Positions 1-8,763 of a DNA stretch of 64,000 nt are shown piece after piece; position 1 is the first letter of the stretch, and each line of letters opens with the position of its first letter. The notes under the pieces are model-generated. The model was not told the origin of the DNA. It did no database searches and saw only the letters and a program-made list of their open reading frames with translations. A program made the translations under genes and the position numbers. The DNA comes from Akkermansiaceae bacterium (lineage in GTDB: Bacteria; Verrucomicrobiota; Verrucomicrobiia; Verrucomicrobiales; Akkermansiaceae): assembly GCA_030725745.1 (NCBI GenBank), contig JANRFH010000016.1:8711-72710 (forward strand). The letters run 5' to 3'.

Positions 1-1
1 C

Positions 2-184
2 GGCGCCATCGGCGGCCTGCTGCTCGCTGCGGTGGCGTTTATCTTTGGTGCGCTAGGCATCGTGCTCGCTCTTTCGCCGAAGACACGCGGTGGCGGGTTG
101 AGTATTCTTGCGGTTCTGCTGAGCTTTATTGGTGTGATTGCCGCCATCATCAAGGCGATCATGTGGCTGATGAGTCTGGGTTAG
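2..184 (+). CDS. 3' end of a small hydrophobic (membrane) protein, 5'-truncated by the window edge
   Basis: The frame is open from the window edge to TAG at 182-184. The translation ...GAIGGLLLAAVAFIFGALGIVLALSPKTRGGGLSILAVLLSFIGVIAAIIKAIMWLMSLG gives two hydrophobic helices. It is absent from the ORF track because there is no in-window start. Confidence 0.35.
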   Translation, partial: GAIGGLLLAAVAFIFGALGIVLALSPKTRGGGLSILAVLLSFIGVIAAIIKAIMWLMSLG

Positions 185-397
185 GGAAGGCTTGGAGGAA
201 GAGTTTTCACCGCAGAGGACACGGAGAACGCAGAGCCGTTTTTTGGATTTGAGGTTGGAGGCCAAGTCCTCTGAGTCTCTGTCTTAAGTTGTATGTGATG
301 AAGTATTGGCTTCGCTGCTACTTCTTCACGGCGGGACGGAGTCTTGCATGCATTTTCCGTCTGGAGGTTTCCGGCGAGGGGTGCAGGATTTCCCGCG

Positions 398-2779
398 ATG
401 AGCATCAACGCCGAAGATTACGAGAAGCTAGGCCAGTTTTATCTGGGGAAAGAATACGATCTGGAGAAGAAGGAGGTCGGCGAAGATCTGGTGATGTATG
501 ACTCGAAGGATCTGGTCACTCACGGGGTGGTGCTGGGGATGACGGGATCGGGGAAGACGGGCTTGTGCATTGCGCTGCTGGAGGAGGCGGCGATGGACAA
601 TATCCCGGCGATCGTGATCGACCCGAAGGGTGATATTTCCAACCTGATGCTGACTTTTCCGGAGCTGGAAGGGAAGAGCTTCGAGCCGTGGGTGAACCCG
701 GATGATGCGGCGAAGAAGGGGATTTCCGTGCCGGAGCATGCGGAAAAGACGGCGGGGATGTGGAAGAAGGGATTGGAGAGCTGGGGGCAGGGTGCGGAGC
801 GGATTGCGCAGTTCCGGGAGAAGGTGGATATCAATATTTTCACGCCGGGGAGCAATGCGGGGGTGCCGGTATCGATCCTGAGCTCGCTGGATGCTCCTCC
901 GCCGGAGGTGATGGAGGATGGTGAAATTTTCGGGGACAGGATAAGCAGTACGGTGGAGAGCTTGCTGTCGCTGGTGGGGATCGCTGCGGATGGGACGCAG
1001 GGAGTTGAGGCGGTGCTGCTTGGAGCGATTTTTCAGAATGAATGGACGCAGGGCAGGGGGCTGGATCTGGAGAAGCTGATCGGCAAGATCCAGAGGCCGG
1101 GCTTCGGCAAGATCGGAGTGATCGATCTGGAGAGTTTCTACCCGGAGAAGAAGCGGCAGGAGCTGGCGCTTAAATTCAACAGCCTGTTGGCGTCACCGGG
1201 CTTTTCCACATGGCTGGAGGGGGCACCGCTGGACATTGCGCGAATGCTGCATCGTGAGGATGGGAAGCCGAGGATCTCGGTGTTTTCTATCGCGCATCTG
1301 AGCGATACGGAGCGGATGTTTTTCGTGAGTCTGTTGCTCAACCAAATGCTCGGCTGGATGCGGACGCAGCGGGGGACGACTTCGCTGCGGGCGATGCTTT
1401 ATATGGATGAGATCTACGGATTTCTCCCACCAACGGCGAATCCGCCTTCGAAGCGGCCTATGATGACGATGCTGAAGCAGGGGCGTGCGTTTGGCCTAGG
1501 CTGCTTGCTGGCTACGCAGAACCCGGTGGATCTAGACTACAAGGCGCTGTCTAATATCGGGACGTGGTTCTTGGGGCGCTTGCAGACGGAGCGTGACAAG
1601 ATGCGGGTGCTGGACGGGCTGGAGGGGGCGGCAGGTTCGCAGAATGCGAAGTTCGACCGGAAGCAGATGGAGGTGTTGCTCTCGGGGCTGGGGAATCGGG
1701 TTTTCCTGATGAACAATGTCCACGAGGACGGGCCGGTGCTTTTCCACGTGCGCTGGGTGATGAGCTACCTGACGGGGCCACTGGCTCGTGGTCAGATCAA
1801 GGGCTTGATGGATCCGAAGCGAGCGGCCTTTGAAACGGAGAAGGAAGAGGAGGCAGCTGCGGATAATCCGATGTCGAAGCCGAAGGGCGGCGAGTCGGCT
1901 GGAGGTAGGCCGGTGCTGGGCTCTGGTGTGGAGGAGGTTTTCGCGGAGGCGGAGGGTGATTGCTACACGCCCTACCTGCTGCGTGAGGCTACGGTGCATT
2001 TTTCCCTGAAAAAGGCGAATGTGGAGGGGAGCCGAAAGGTGGTGAAAGTGAATGCGATCTTGGAGAAGGGCATAGCCTGGGACGAGACTGGATCGGTGGC
2101 TGTGATTTCCCTGCGGGAGAAACCAGAGGAGGGGATAGGCTTCTCAGAGCTTCCTGGCTTCGCGATGAATGCGAAGAACTACAAGCAGGTTGAGGATGAA
2201 TTTGAGGACGAGCTTTACCGTGAGGAGAGGGAGGATATTTTTTCATGCCCAATGCTAAATGCCTATGGAAAGATCGGTGAGAGCGAGGCGGACTTCCGTG
2301 TGCGTGTCTCTCATGAAGCGCGTGAGGAGCGCGATGAGGCGATGGAGAAAATCAAAGATGCGGCGGAGAAGAAACTGAAGACTCTGGAAGGCCGCTTGAG
2401 CACAGCGGAGGCAAAAGTGGCGAAGGAAAAGGCGGAGTCTGGCTCTGCCAAGATGCAGGCGGGGATCTCGATTCTCGGCGGTATTCTTAAAGCCATCTTC
2501 GGTAGGAAGACCGGAATGGGTGGCTTGACTCGTGGCACAAGCAGTAGCTCGGTGACGAAGGCAACCACAGCCTACAAACAGCACCGCGATGTGGCACTTG
2601 CCGAAGAAAAGGTGGAGAGTATTGTGGAAGAGATGGAGGCGATCCGCAAGGAGCTTGAGAAGGAACTGGATGAAGTGAAGGAAAGCCACGATCCCTCGAA
2701 GCTGGTTCTGGAAAAAGAGACGCTCAAACCGACCCGAAGCGATGTGCAAGTGGAGCGGGTGGGGCTGCTGTGGAAGTGA
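398..2779 (+). CDS. HerA/FtsK-like P-loop ATPase (DUF87/DUF853-type) with a long C-terminal coiled-coil region
   Basis: ORF 344-2779; the likely start is the ATG at 398 (MSINAEDYEKLGQFYLGKEY). Walker A is GMTGSGKTG, followed by VIDPKGD, and Walker B-like is LYMDEIYGF. The last ~250 aa are E/K-rich heptad-like sequence containing a hydrophobic patch, AGISILGGILKAIFG. Confidence 0.75.
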   Translation: MSINAEDYEKLGQFYLGKEYDLEKKEVGEDLVMYDSKDLVTHGVVLGMTGSGKTGLCIALLEEAAMDNIPAIVIDPKGDISNLMLTFPELEGKSFEPWVNPDDAAKKGISVPEHAEKTAGMWKKGLESWGQGAERIAQFREKVDINIFTPGSNAGVPVSILSSLDAPPPEVMEDGEIFGDRISSTVESLLSLVGIAADGTQGVEAVLLGAIFQNEWTQGRGLDLEKLIGKIQRPGFGKIGVIDLESFYPEKKRQELALKFNSLLASPGFSTWLEGAPLDIARMLHREDGKPRISVFSIAHLSDTERMFFVSLLLNQMLGWMRTQRGTTSLRAMLYMDEIYGFLPPTANPPSKRPMMTMLKQGRAFGLGCLLATQNPVDLDYKALSNIGTWFLGRLQTERDKMRVLDGLEGAAGSQNAKFDRKQMEVLLSGLGNRVFLMNNVHEDGPVLFHVRWVMSYLTGPLARGQIKGLMDPKRAAFETEKEEEAAADNPMSKPKGGESAGGRPVLGSGVEEVFAEAEGDCYTPYLLREATVHFSLKKANVEGSRKVVKVNAILEKGIAWDETGSVAVISLREKPEEGIGFSELPGFAMNAKNYKQVEDEFEDELYREEREDIFSCPMLNAYGKIGESEADFRVRVSHEAREERDEAMEKIKDAAEKKLKTLEGRLSTAEAKVAKEKAESGSAKMQAGISILGGILKAIFGRKTGMGGLTRGTSSSSVTKATTAYKQHRDVALAEEKVESIVEEMEAIRKELEKELDEVKESHDPSKLVLEKETLKPTRSDVQVERVGLLWK

Positions 2780-2939
2780 CCGGAAAAGTTTTTCGGAAAA
2801 AGTTTCAAATCGATTGAACGTTTCGAGAACCTGAAGGTCTATACCCCCTGAAGACCGGTTCTGCCGGCTTTCATGTAAGGGTGTAACAGCAGTTGTCTCT
2901 CCAATCCCATGGGTGTGGGTGAAGAAGATAACTTTTAGA

Positions 2940-2979
2940 GGCCACCGAGGAAGGGACTCCTCGGTGGCCTTTCCTTTTT
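2940..2979 (+). terminator. Rho-independent terminator between convergent genes
   Basis: A perfect 12-bp inverted repeat GGCCACCGAGGA (2940-2951) / TCCTCGGTGGCC (2958-2969) with a 6-nt loop is followed by TTTCCTTTTT. It lies between the ATPase gene (+) and the DUF2237 gene (-). Confidence 0.6.
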
Positions 2980-2985
2980 ATTGAT

Positions 2986-3342
2986 TTAGGCCTCGTGAGC
3001 TTTGAGAACGTCGAGATCGACGTATTCGAGGACGGAAAGATGGGATGCTTCGAGGACGACGGGCGGGGCTTTTCCCGCAGCGAGTGCTTCTGTCCAGCGG
3101 GTGACGCAGAGACACCATTTGTCACCATCTTTTAGTCCGGGAAAATCAAATTCGGGGCGGGGTGTGGAGAGGTCGTTTCCGGCTGTTTTGGAAAATTTCA
3201 GGAAATCATCGGTGACCATGGCACAGACGGTATGCAGCCCGTGATCGCCATGGCCGGTGCGGCAGTATCCATCGCGGAAATAGCCAGTGAGGGGGGCGTT
3301 GCAGCAGGATTTTAGCTCGGAGCCGAGGACGTTGGTGATCAT
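2986..3342 (-). CDS. DUF2237 family protein
   Basis: The 118-aa ORF carries the characteristic Cys-rich N-terminus (KSCCNAPLTGYFRDGYCRTG ... HTVCA ... WCLCVTRW) recalled from the DUF2237 family. Confidence 0.75.
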   Translation of the reverse strand: MITNVLGSELKSCCNAPLTGYFRDGYCRTGHGDHGLHTVCAMVTDDFLKFSKTAGNDLSTPRPEFDFPGLKDGDKWCLCVTRWTEALAAGKAPPVVLEASHLSVLEYVDLDVLKAHEA

Positions 3343-3351
3343 GTGGTTGGA

Positions 3352-3792
3352 CTATACCTCACCGATGTCTTCATTCCAGAGCTCAGGGCGAGCTTTGATG
3401 AAATCTTCCATCATCGCGATGCAGGAGAGGTCGTTTACCACTTCTAGCTCCACTCCGTTCGAGCGGAGGTGGTCTTCGGCGCCGAGGAAGGTTTTGTTTT
3501 CACCGATGATTACGCGGGGGATCTTGTAGAGGAGGATGGCACCGCTGCACATGGGGCAGGGGGACAGAGTGGTGTAGAGGGTGCACTCGCGGTAAATAGA
3601 GGGAGCTAGGCGGCCCGCGTTTTCGAGGGCATCCATTTCCCCGTGGAGAACGGTGCTACCCTGCTGGATACGCTTGTTGTGCCCTCGGCCGATGATTTCC
3701 CCGTTGCGGACAATGACGCTACCGATGGGGATGCCTCCCTCAGCCAATCCTTTGCGGGCTTCTTCAAGTGCGGCTTGCAGAAAATGATCCAT
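3352..3792 (-). CDS. Cytosine deaminase, CDA-fold (yeast Fcy1-like)
   Basis: Zinc motifs HGEMDALE and SPCPMCSG are present. The C-terminus, KIPRVIIGENKTF...FIKARPELWNEDIGE, closely resembles the yeast Fcy1 tail. The start is trimmed to MDHFLQAALEEA (ATG complement at 3790-3792); the ORF-track start at 3858 adds 22 non-conserved residues. Confidence 0.8.
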   Translation of the reverse strand: MDHFLQAALEEARKGLAEGGIPIGSVIVRNGEIIGRGHNKRIQQGSTVLHGEMDALENAGRLAPSIYRECTLYTTLSPCPMCSGAILLYKIPRVIIGENKTFLGAEDHLRSNGVELEVVNDLSCIAMMEDFIKARPELWNEDIGEV

Positions 3793-3878
3793 GGCAGAGA
3801 ATGTGCTATCCCGAGAGGGGAGCGTCCAGAGAAAGGGGCGCGTATCAAAGAAATTCATACATTAGAAAAACGAGGAAG

Positions 3879-4955
3879 ATGCCAAAGGTAAGATTAGCGG
3901 GGACAGTAAAGGGCGAGAGAGATCCAAACAGGGAGAGCCGCGCGAGGCTGTTGTATCAACTTTTTAGCAAGGGCTGGGATATCTACAACTCCAACGGCGA
4001 CCAGCGCATCTCTCTTGGTAACATCGAGAAGAAGATCATCGAGTCCGATGCCTTTGTTTTTACCCCAGGGGCGACACTGGAGGATCTATTTAAGGCGGTA
4101 TCGATTTTTGTCGGCTACCAGACCCTCGATAAGAATTTGGAGAACAAGCCGACGGTGCTCTTGAACTCTGATAAGTCGTGGGACGGGCTATACGGCCTGC
4201 TTAAGCACCTCAACGGCATGGGGACGGTGAAACAGGATGCGCGTGACTATTTGCTAGAGGCTGAACAAGTGGAAAATGTCATCGATTTGCTGGAAAAAGC
4301 ACGAGAAATAGGCATGCCGGATGCCGGGCGCGAGCGGACAGGCGAGGTGGCCGGGCCATCGTTTGAGACGGATCTCCCCGAAGGTCATCTTGGTAATGTC
4401 TGCGTGTTCTGCTCTGCCTCGATAGAAAAAGAGGATTACCTCAGCGATGGCTATGAGCTCGGAAAAATGCTGGCTGAAAATAAGCTGGGATGTGTTTCTG
4501 GAGCGGGGAACTCGGGGATTATGGGCGAAGTCGTGCGCGGTTCAGTGGAAGCTGGTGGATGGACAGGGGGATCGAACGTTCCCCATATCATCGAGCTTGA
4601 GGGACTGCCGGAGGGGCTTTCCACTTTTTGGCTCAAGCCGGACATTTATACGCGCATGGAGATCATGATCGAGAATTCCGAGGCGTTTGTCATCTTTCCC
4701 GGAGGTGCAGGCACGGTGCAGGAGATGCTAGCACTAATGATCTTCAAGCATCAGGGCAAAAAGGGCATGGCGAACAAGCCGGTGATCGTCTTCGACCGCA
4801 TGGATGCCTCGGGAAATCGGTTCTGGACGCCTCTCATCAAACTGCTCCGGGAGTGGTGCTACGACGGCGAGTTTATTGTCGTGGAGGAGTTGGAGGAAAT
4901 CGTTCCGACCGTCAGGAAGCTTATACCATCTGCTAATCCCGCAAATTTTCCATAG
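3879..4955 (+). CDS. Tandem LOG/TIGR00730-like (Rossmann-fold nucleotide N-ribohydrolase) protein
   Basis: The C-terminal half has the canonical LOG motif FVIFPGGAGTVQEM. The N-terminal half has a degenerate copy, FVFTPGATLEDLF. The start is taken as the ATG at 3879 (MPKVRLAG), preceded by AGGAAG; the track start at 3768 overlaps the divergent deaminase gene. Confidence 0.65.
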   Translation: MPKVRLAGTVKGERDPNRESRARLLYQLFSKGWDIYNSNGDQRISLGNIEKKIIESDAFVFTPGATLEDLFKAVSIFVGYQTLDKNLENKPTVLLNSDKSWDGLYGLLKHLNGMGTVKQDARDYLLEAEQVENVIDLLEKAREIGMPDAGRERTGEVAGPSFETDLPEGHLGNVCVFCSASIEKEDYLSDGYELGKMLAENKLGCVSGAGNSGIMGEVVRGSVEAGGWTGGSNVPHIIELEGLPEGLSTFWLKPDIYTRMEIMIENSEAFVIFPGGAGTVQEMLALMIFKHQGKKGMANKPVIVFDRMDASGNRFWTPLIKLLREWCYDGEFIVVEELEEIVPTVRKLIPSANPANFP

Positions 4956-4995
4956 TTTCTTGTAAAGGCCTCGAATTGCAATCAGGTTTAATAGA

Positions 4996-5850
4996 TTGAA
5001 AGTAGGGATTCTGCTCAACCCGCAAAAAGCCGGGGGTTTAAAAACGATGGCGGCCTTGCGCGACGCCTTGGAGAAGCGTGGCTGCAAGTGTTACCTTGAG
5101 ACGAAGACTGCCAAGCTGGCTGGCGAGAAGGGAGGCATTCCCGCCAAGCGATTCGTGGACAAAGTGGATGTCGCGGCGGTGCTCGGTGGCGACGGCACGA
5201 TGATGCAGGCGGTCTCGCGTTTCGAACATTTCGCGAAACCCGTGGCAGGGGTGAACATCGGGACTCTGGGCTTTCTAACAACCTGCACCGAGGTCGAGAT
5301 CGACCAGCTGGCAGATGCGATTGCTTCTGGGAATTTCAAAACCAGCCCGCGCATGCTCTTGGAGGCGACGGTGATCCGTAAAAAGGAAAAGCCGGAGGTC
5401 TATTACGGGCTTAACGAGGTGGCTATCGCCCGCGGCGAAACAGGCAGGCTTGTCACACTAAATGCGCGAGTCGATGGAGAGTGGCTCAATCGCTACCGCG
5501 CGGACGGGCTCATCATCGCGACGCCGACAGGATCGACGGCATATTCCCTTTCCGCAGGCGGACCGCTCATCGCGCCGCAGTCATCGGTGATGGCGATCAC
5601 ACCGATCTGCCCTCACAGCCTCAGTCAACGTGCGCTTGTCGTATCGGATGATGTGACGATCGAGATTTCACCCGAAAGGGAGGAGGATGGGCCGATGCTT
5701 TTCACTGTGGATGGACGCGATATGACACGGCTGAATCATGGTGATAGGATCATTGTGAAAAAAGCGGATCGATCTTTCCATCTTTTGCAGCTGGAAGGCT
5801 CTTCCTTCTTCGGAGCACTACGTAAAAAGCTCGGTTGGCAGGGGGTTTGA
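4996..5850 (+). CDS. nadK: NAD+ kinase
   Basis: The GGDGTMM motif and the NRYRADGLIIATPTGSTAYSLSAGGP motif are present in a 284-aa ORF with a TTG start. Confidence 0.9.
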   Translation: MKVGILLNPQKAGGLKTMAALRDALEKRGCKCYLETKTAKLAGEKGGIPAKRFVDKVDVAAVLGGDGTMMQAVSRFEHFAKPVAGVNIGTLGFLTTCTEVEIDQLADAIASGNFKTSPRMLLEATVIRKKEKPEVYYGLNEVAIARGETGRLVTLNARVDGEWLNRYRADGLIIATPTGSTAYSLSAGGPLIAPQSSVMAITPICPHSLSQRALVVSDDVTIEISPEREEDGPMLFTVDGRDMTRLNHGDRIIVKKADRSFHLLQLEGSSFFGALRKKLGWQGV

Positions 5851-5855
5851 GTGAA

Positions 5856-6791
5856 CTACCCACGTATAACGCTGCGTAGCGTTTCGATGAGTCGCTCGCG
5901 CAAAAGGCGTGCTTTTTCCGCCAAACGGCGCTGCTCGTCTTCATATTGTTTGCGCCCATCAGGTGTTTCGATTTTCACCGGTGTAACATCCCATGCTGAT
6001 AAGTCATACGGGCTGGCGCGCATGTCCAGATCACGGAGTTCGTTCGCGAGTCGGAAGGTCTCCAATAACAGTTCGGAGCCGATCCAAGGCATGCTTTTCG
6101 CAGCCCACTTGTAGAGATCCATGTTTGCGTGGACGCAGCCGGGTTGCTCGTTGAGGTGGCGGGTTTCGAGGGTCGGCTGCAGGCGGTTCAGGGGACGGGC
6201 TTCCTTGGCAAAAAAGCGGAATGCATCGTGATGGGTGCAGGTGATGGGGCGGGATTCGATGAGTGCGTCGATCTCAGACTGAGGGAGGCGGAGCGGTGCG
6301 AGGGAAGCGTGGCGGATTTCCTCGGCACGATAAACCATCGCCCACTCATGTAGGCCGTGGCAGGCGAAGTTCGGGATGTGGCGTTGGGTGGCTTCGAGCA
6401 GATTTGCGATCCACTCAAGGCGCTCGCGTTGCGCGGGCTTCATGCCATCGGTATCGACGAAACAGATATCGCCCTCGATGCGGTAGCGTGCGGATTTGAA
6501 TCGATCAGGGAGCGTCTCGATGTCAGGAAAACGGAGAGTTATGCCGCAGCCCGGGTGCCACAGCTCGATTAGTACGAGGGGGTAGGGGTAGTAATCGAAA
6601 AGGAAATCCTCCACCGGATGTTTTTCGCCCCGATCACGGCGATAGCGCGGGCCAGTAGTATAGGCGCAGGCTTTGGACAGATGTGCATCCGCCACCTTCG
6701 TCCAATCCTCCCATTCGAGGATTTGTTGTTGTTCCGCCGTCGCCTTCATTGCTTCGGCAGGGATGGCATCAGAAATTTCACGCAATGACAA
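5856..6791 (-). CDS. Conserved hypothetical protein (a family I recall being auto-annotated as a 3-methyladenine DNA glycosylase; function unverified)
   Basis: The 311-aa ORF has coding-like composition and conserved-looking blocks FLFDYYPYP, HGLHEWAMVY and CVHANMDLYKWA. Confidence 0.55.
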   Translation of the reverse strand: MSLREISDAIPAEAMKATAEQQQILEWEDWTKVADAHLSKACAYTTGPRYRRDRGEKHPVEDFLFDYYPYPLVLIELWHPGCGITLRFPDIETLPDRFKSARYRIEGDICFVDTDGMKPAQRERLEWIANLLEATQRHIPNFACHGLHEWAMVYRAEEIRHASLAPLRLPQSEIDALIESRPITCTHHDAFRFFAKEARPLNRLQPTLETRHLNEQPGCVHANMDLYKWAAKSMPWIGSELLLETFRLANELRDLDMRASPYDLSAWDVTPVKIETPDGRKQYEDEQRRLAEKARLLRERLIETLRSVIRG

Positions 6792-6862
6792 ATTTTACCC
6801 TTGCCGAAAACTACATCCGTGGGATAGTTTCTCCGTCCCGCCGAAAGGCGCGGAACATAAAT

Positions 6863-6939
6863 CGCGGGATGGAGAAGTCAGGTATCTCGTCAGGCTCATA
6901 ACCTGAAGATCGTAGGTTCAAATCCTGCTCCCGCAACCA
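6863..6939 (+). tRNA. Initiator tRNA-Met (CAT anticodon)
   Basis: The 77-nt cloverleaf is CGCGGGA-TG-GAGA-AGTCAGGTA-TCTC-G-TCAGG-CTCATAA-CCTGA-AGATC-GTAGG-TTCAAAT-CCTGC-TCCCGCA-A-CCA. The C1xA72 mismatch is typical of bacterial initiator tRNA. It is near-identical in layout to E. coli tRNA-fMet, and the CCA end is encoded. Confidence 0.9.
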
Positions 6940-6945
6940 ATGAAG

Positions 6946-6976
6946 GCCGCTAAGTTACAATTACTTAGCGGCTTTC
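6946..6976 (+). terminator. Hairpin terminator downstream of the tRNA
   Basis: GCCGCTAAGT (6946-6955) pairs with ACTTAGCGGC (6963-6972) across a 7-nt loop, followed by TTTCGCCTTGTTT. Confidence 0.5.
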
Positions 6977-7162
6977 GCCTTGTTTGGGTGGGACGATCAG
7001 AAGTTGTGATTTCTGCTACCGTGAACAAAAACGGTCGGAAACCGTGAACAATCTGCCCCCGTTTTTGGGGGAGGTCATTGTCGCCACCCGACCACACCTC
7101 AAAAGGTGTGAGTTTTCCACAAATTCGCCCGGCTTCGGTTCTTGTAACAACCGAAACCATTC

Positions 7163-8449
7163 ATGGCATCCTACTACAAGCGTCCCGACTCCAAACATTT
7201 CTCTTTGTCCTGCTACCCGCGCCCCGGCTCGAAGTTGATCCGCGCGAGCCTTGGAACCGATGATGCGATCTTGGCTGAAAAGATGACACGTAAAGTCGAG
7301 ATTCTCTGCGAACTCGAAAAACTCGCCGATATCCAAATCCCGAAGAGAATTCTCAGCGCATTCTCGCTGGACGGCATCTCGGGTGAGATCGAGCCGCCTC
7401 TCTCCCTGGAGCAACTGACTGCTCAAGATGGGAAAGAGGAAGTGGCAGAGGTTGAATCTCCCGGATCAGGGGATATCAGTGAAGCGATACGTGCCTATCT
7501 AGTCCGCAGCGTCGCGACCAATGTGCCCGACGCCCAAAGTGACAAAGTATCCCGCCTCCGGCAATTTTTCGGGACAGACTTGGTCAATTCTTTGGATCCC
7601 CGACCACCGGCGGCTTTCAAGCATGCAAGAAAGGGAAAATTTATTCCGCCATTTTTCAAAGGCAAATATCTTTCCGAAATCTCAGATGTCGAAATCCTGA
7701 GATTTCTGGTTGAAAAGAAATATGGTCTCAGCAGCAAGAGGCATTTCCGGGAACTCTTCCATGGTCTCTTTCAAGTGGCTCTCAAGAGCGGAATCTATAA
7801 ACCCTTGAATCCGTATTGCGCCAATCCTGCGGATGAACTGCCTGGCTTTACAGGAAGAGATAAACCAGTGACCGTCCTTTCCGAAATTGAGGAAGCCGCA
7901 CAGTATGCGGCGGTGACGGGTGATCCCGGCGTCCATTTCGGATGTCAATTGATGATAGAGGCTGGTTTCCGCTTGCATGAAATATTGGCACTGCGTCCTT
8001 GCGATCTCACCACGGAGGGCAAAATCCGTCTGATCCTGCCTGAAAATGTCAATGTATCGCAGACTCGATTGAAAACGGGTGAACGAACCGTAACCGTCCG
8101 GCACAATTTGCGCCCAATCATTCGCCAATACCTGGATTCCTACTCTGGCGATCGGGCATCATGGTGTTTCCCTTCAGCCACAGATATGAGCAAACGCATG
8201 ACATCAGATGCATTTGGTGACAGCCTGAGGACATTGAACCGAGCTGCAAATCTGCCTTGGACCACGCAGGATTACAGACACACCTTTGCTACCCGGAGGA
8301 TTGACGAGGGGTGGAATCTCAAAACCCTTGCTCAGGAAATGGGCACCAGTGTTGCGATGCTTACGGAGACTACCTCCAGCTTAAAAAAGGTGATGTCATC
8401 CAAATTGCCATCGCAGAAGTCCCCGGCGGCATGGTCGGAGGAGCACTGA
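7163..8449 (+). pseudogene. Tyrosine-type site-specific integrase, catalytically decayed and C-terminally disrupted
   Basis: The N-terminus MASYYKRPDSKHF is typical of PVC integrases. Box I (GFRLHEILALRPCDL) and KTGERTVTV are present. Box II reads QDYRHTFAT...EMGTSVAML, so the usual His residues are Q and T. Homology stops at about 8364 and no catalytic Tyr (HY/RY) motif follows. The gene lies 224 bp downstream of the tRNA. Confidence 0.7.
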
Positions 8450-8616
8450 AAATTCAGGTCAAAGACAAACACTACAAGGAGGACAATCATGATGATCCGA
8501 TTCTTCACCCCTTCGTAGCCGGAGAACTTTCCCGCGATGAAAAAAAAGCTCTCGAAATCTCAGGCATCGAATTAAAGCTCACCCAGATCCCCGAGTTCAA
8601 ATTCGTAACCAAATAG
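8362..8616 (+). pseudogene. 3' remnant of an unrelated gene (PA14-like C-terminal segment) fused out of frame to the integrase end
   Basis: A different frame opens exactly where integrase homology ends: YGDYLQLKKGDVIQIAIAEVPGGMVGGALKIQVKD...EFKFVTK*. There is no plausible N-terminus or start context. Confidence 0.35.
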
Positions 8617-8763
8617 CAACTGATTTCTCGGCTCCCTGGAAAACACTCCCTTTTTGAAGTATTGCTTATATCGCTAGGCTCAAGCGTCCACGAAGGCGCA
8701 CCATCTGGGTGGGCAGTCGAGATGCTAATGGGGGTAAGTGAGCTCTACTAGTCCGAGGTGAAG

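Noticed and set aside
8311-8616. A 101-aa ORF after the integrase, considered as an independent gene.
   Set aside because: The first 17 codons overlap the integrase frame. The remainder reads like the C-terminal end of a larger beta-rich protein with no start context. It is treated as a gene remnant, not a functional CDS.
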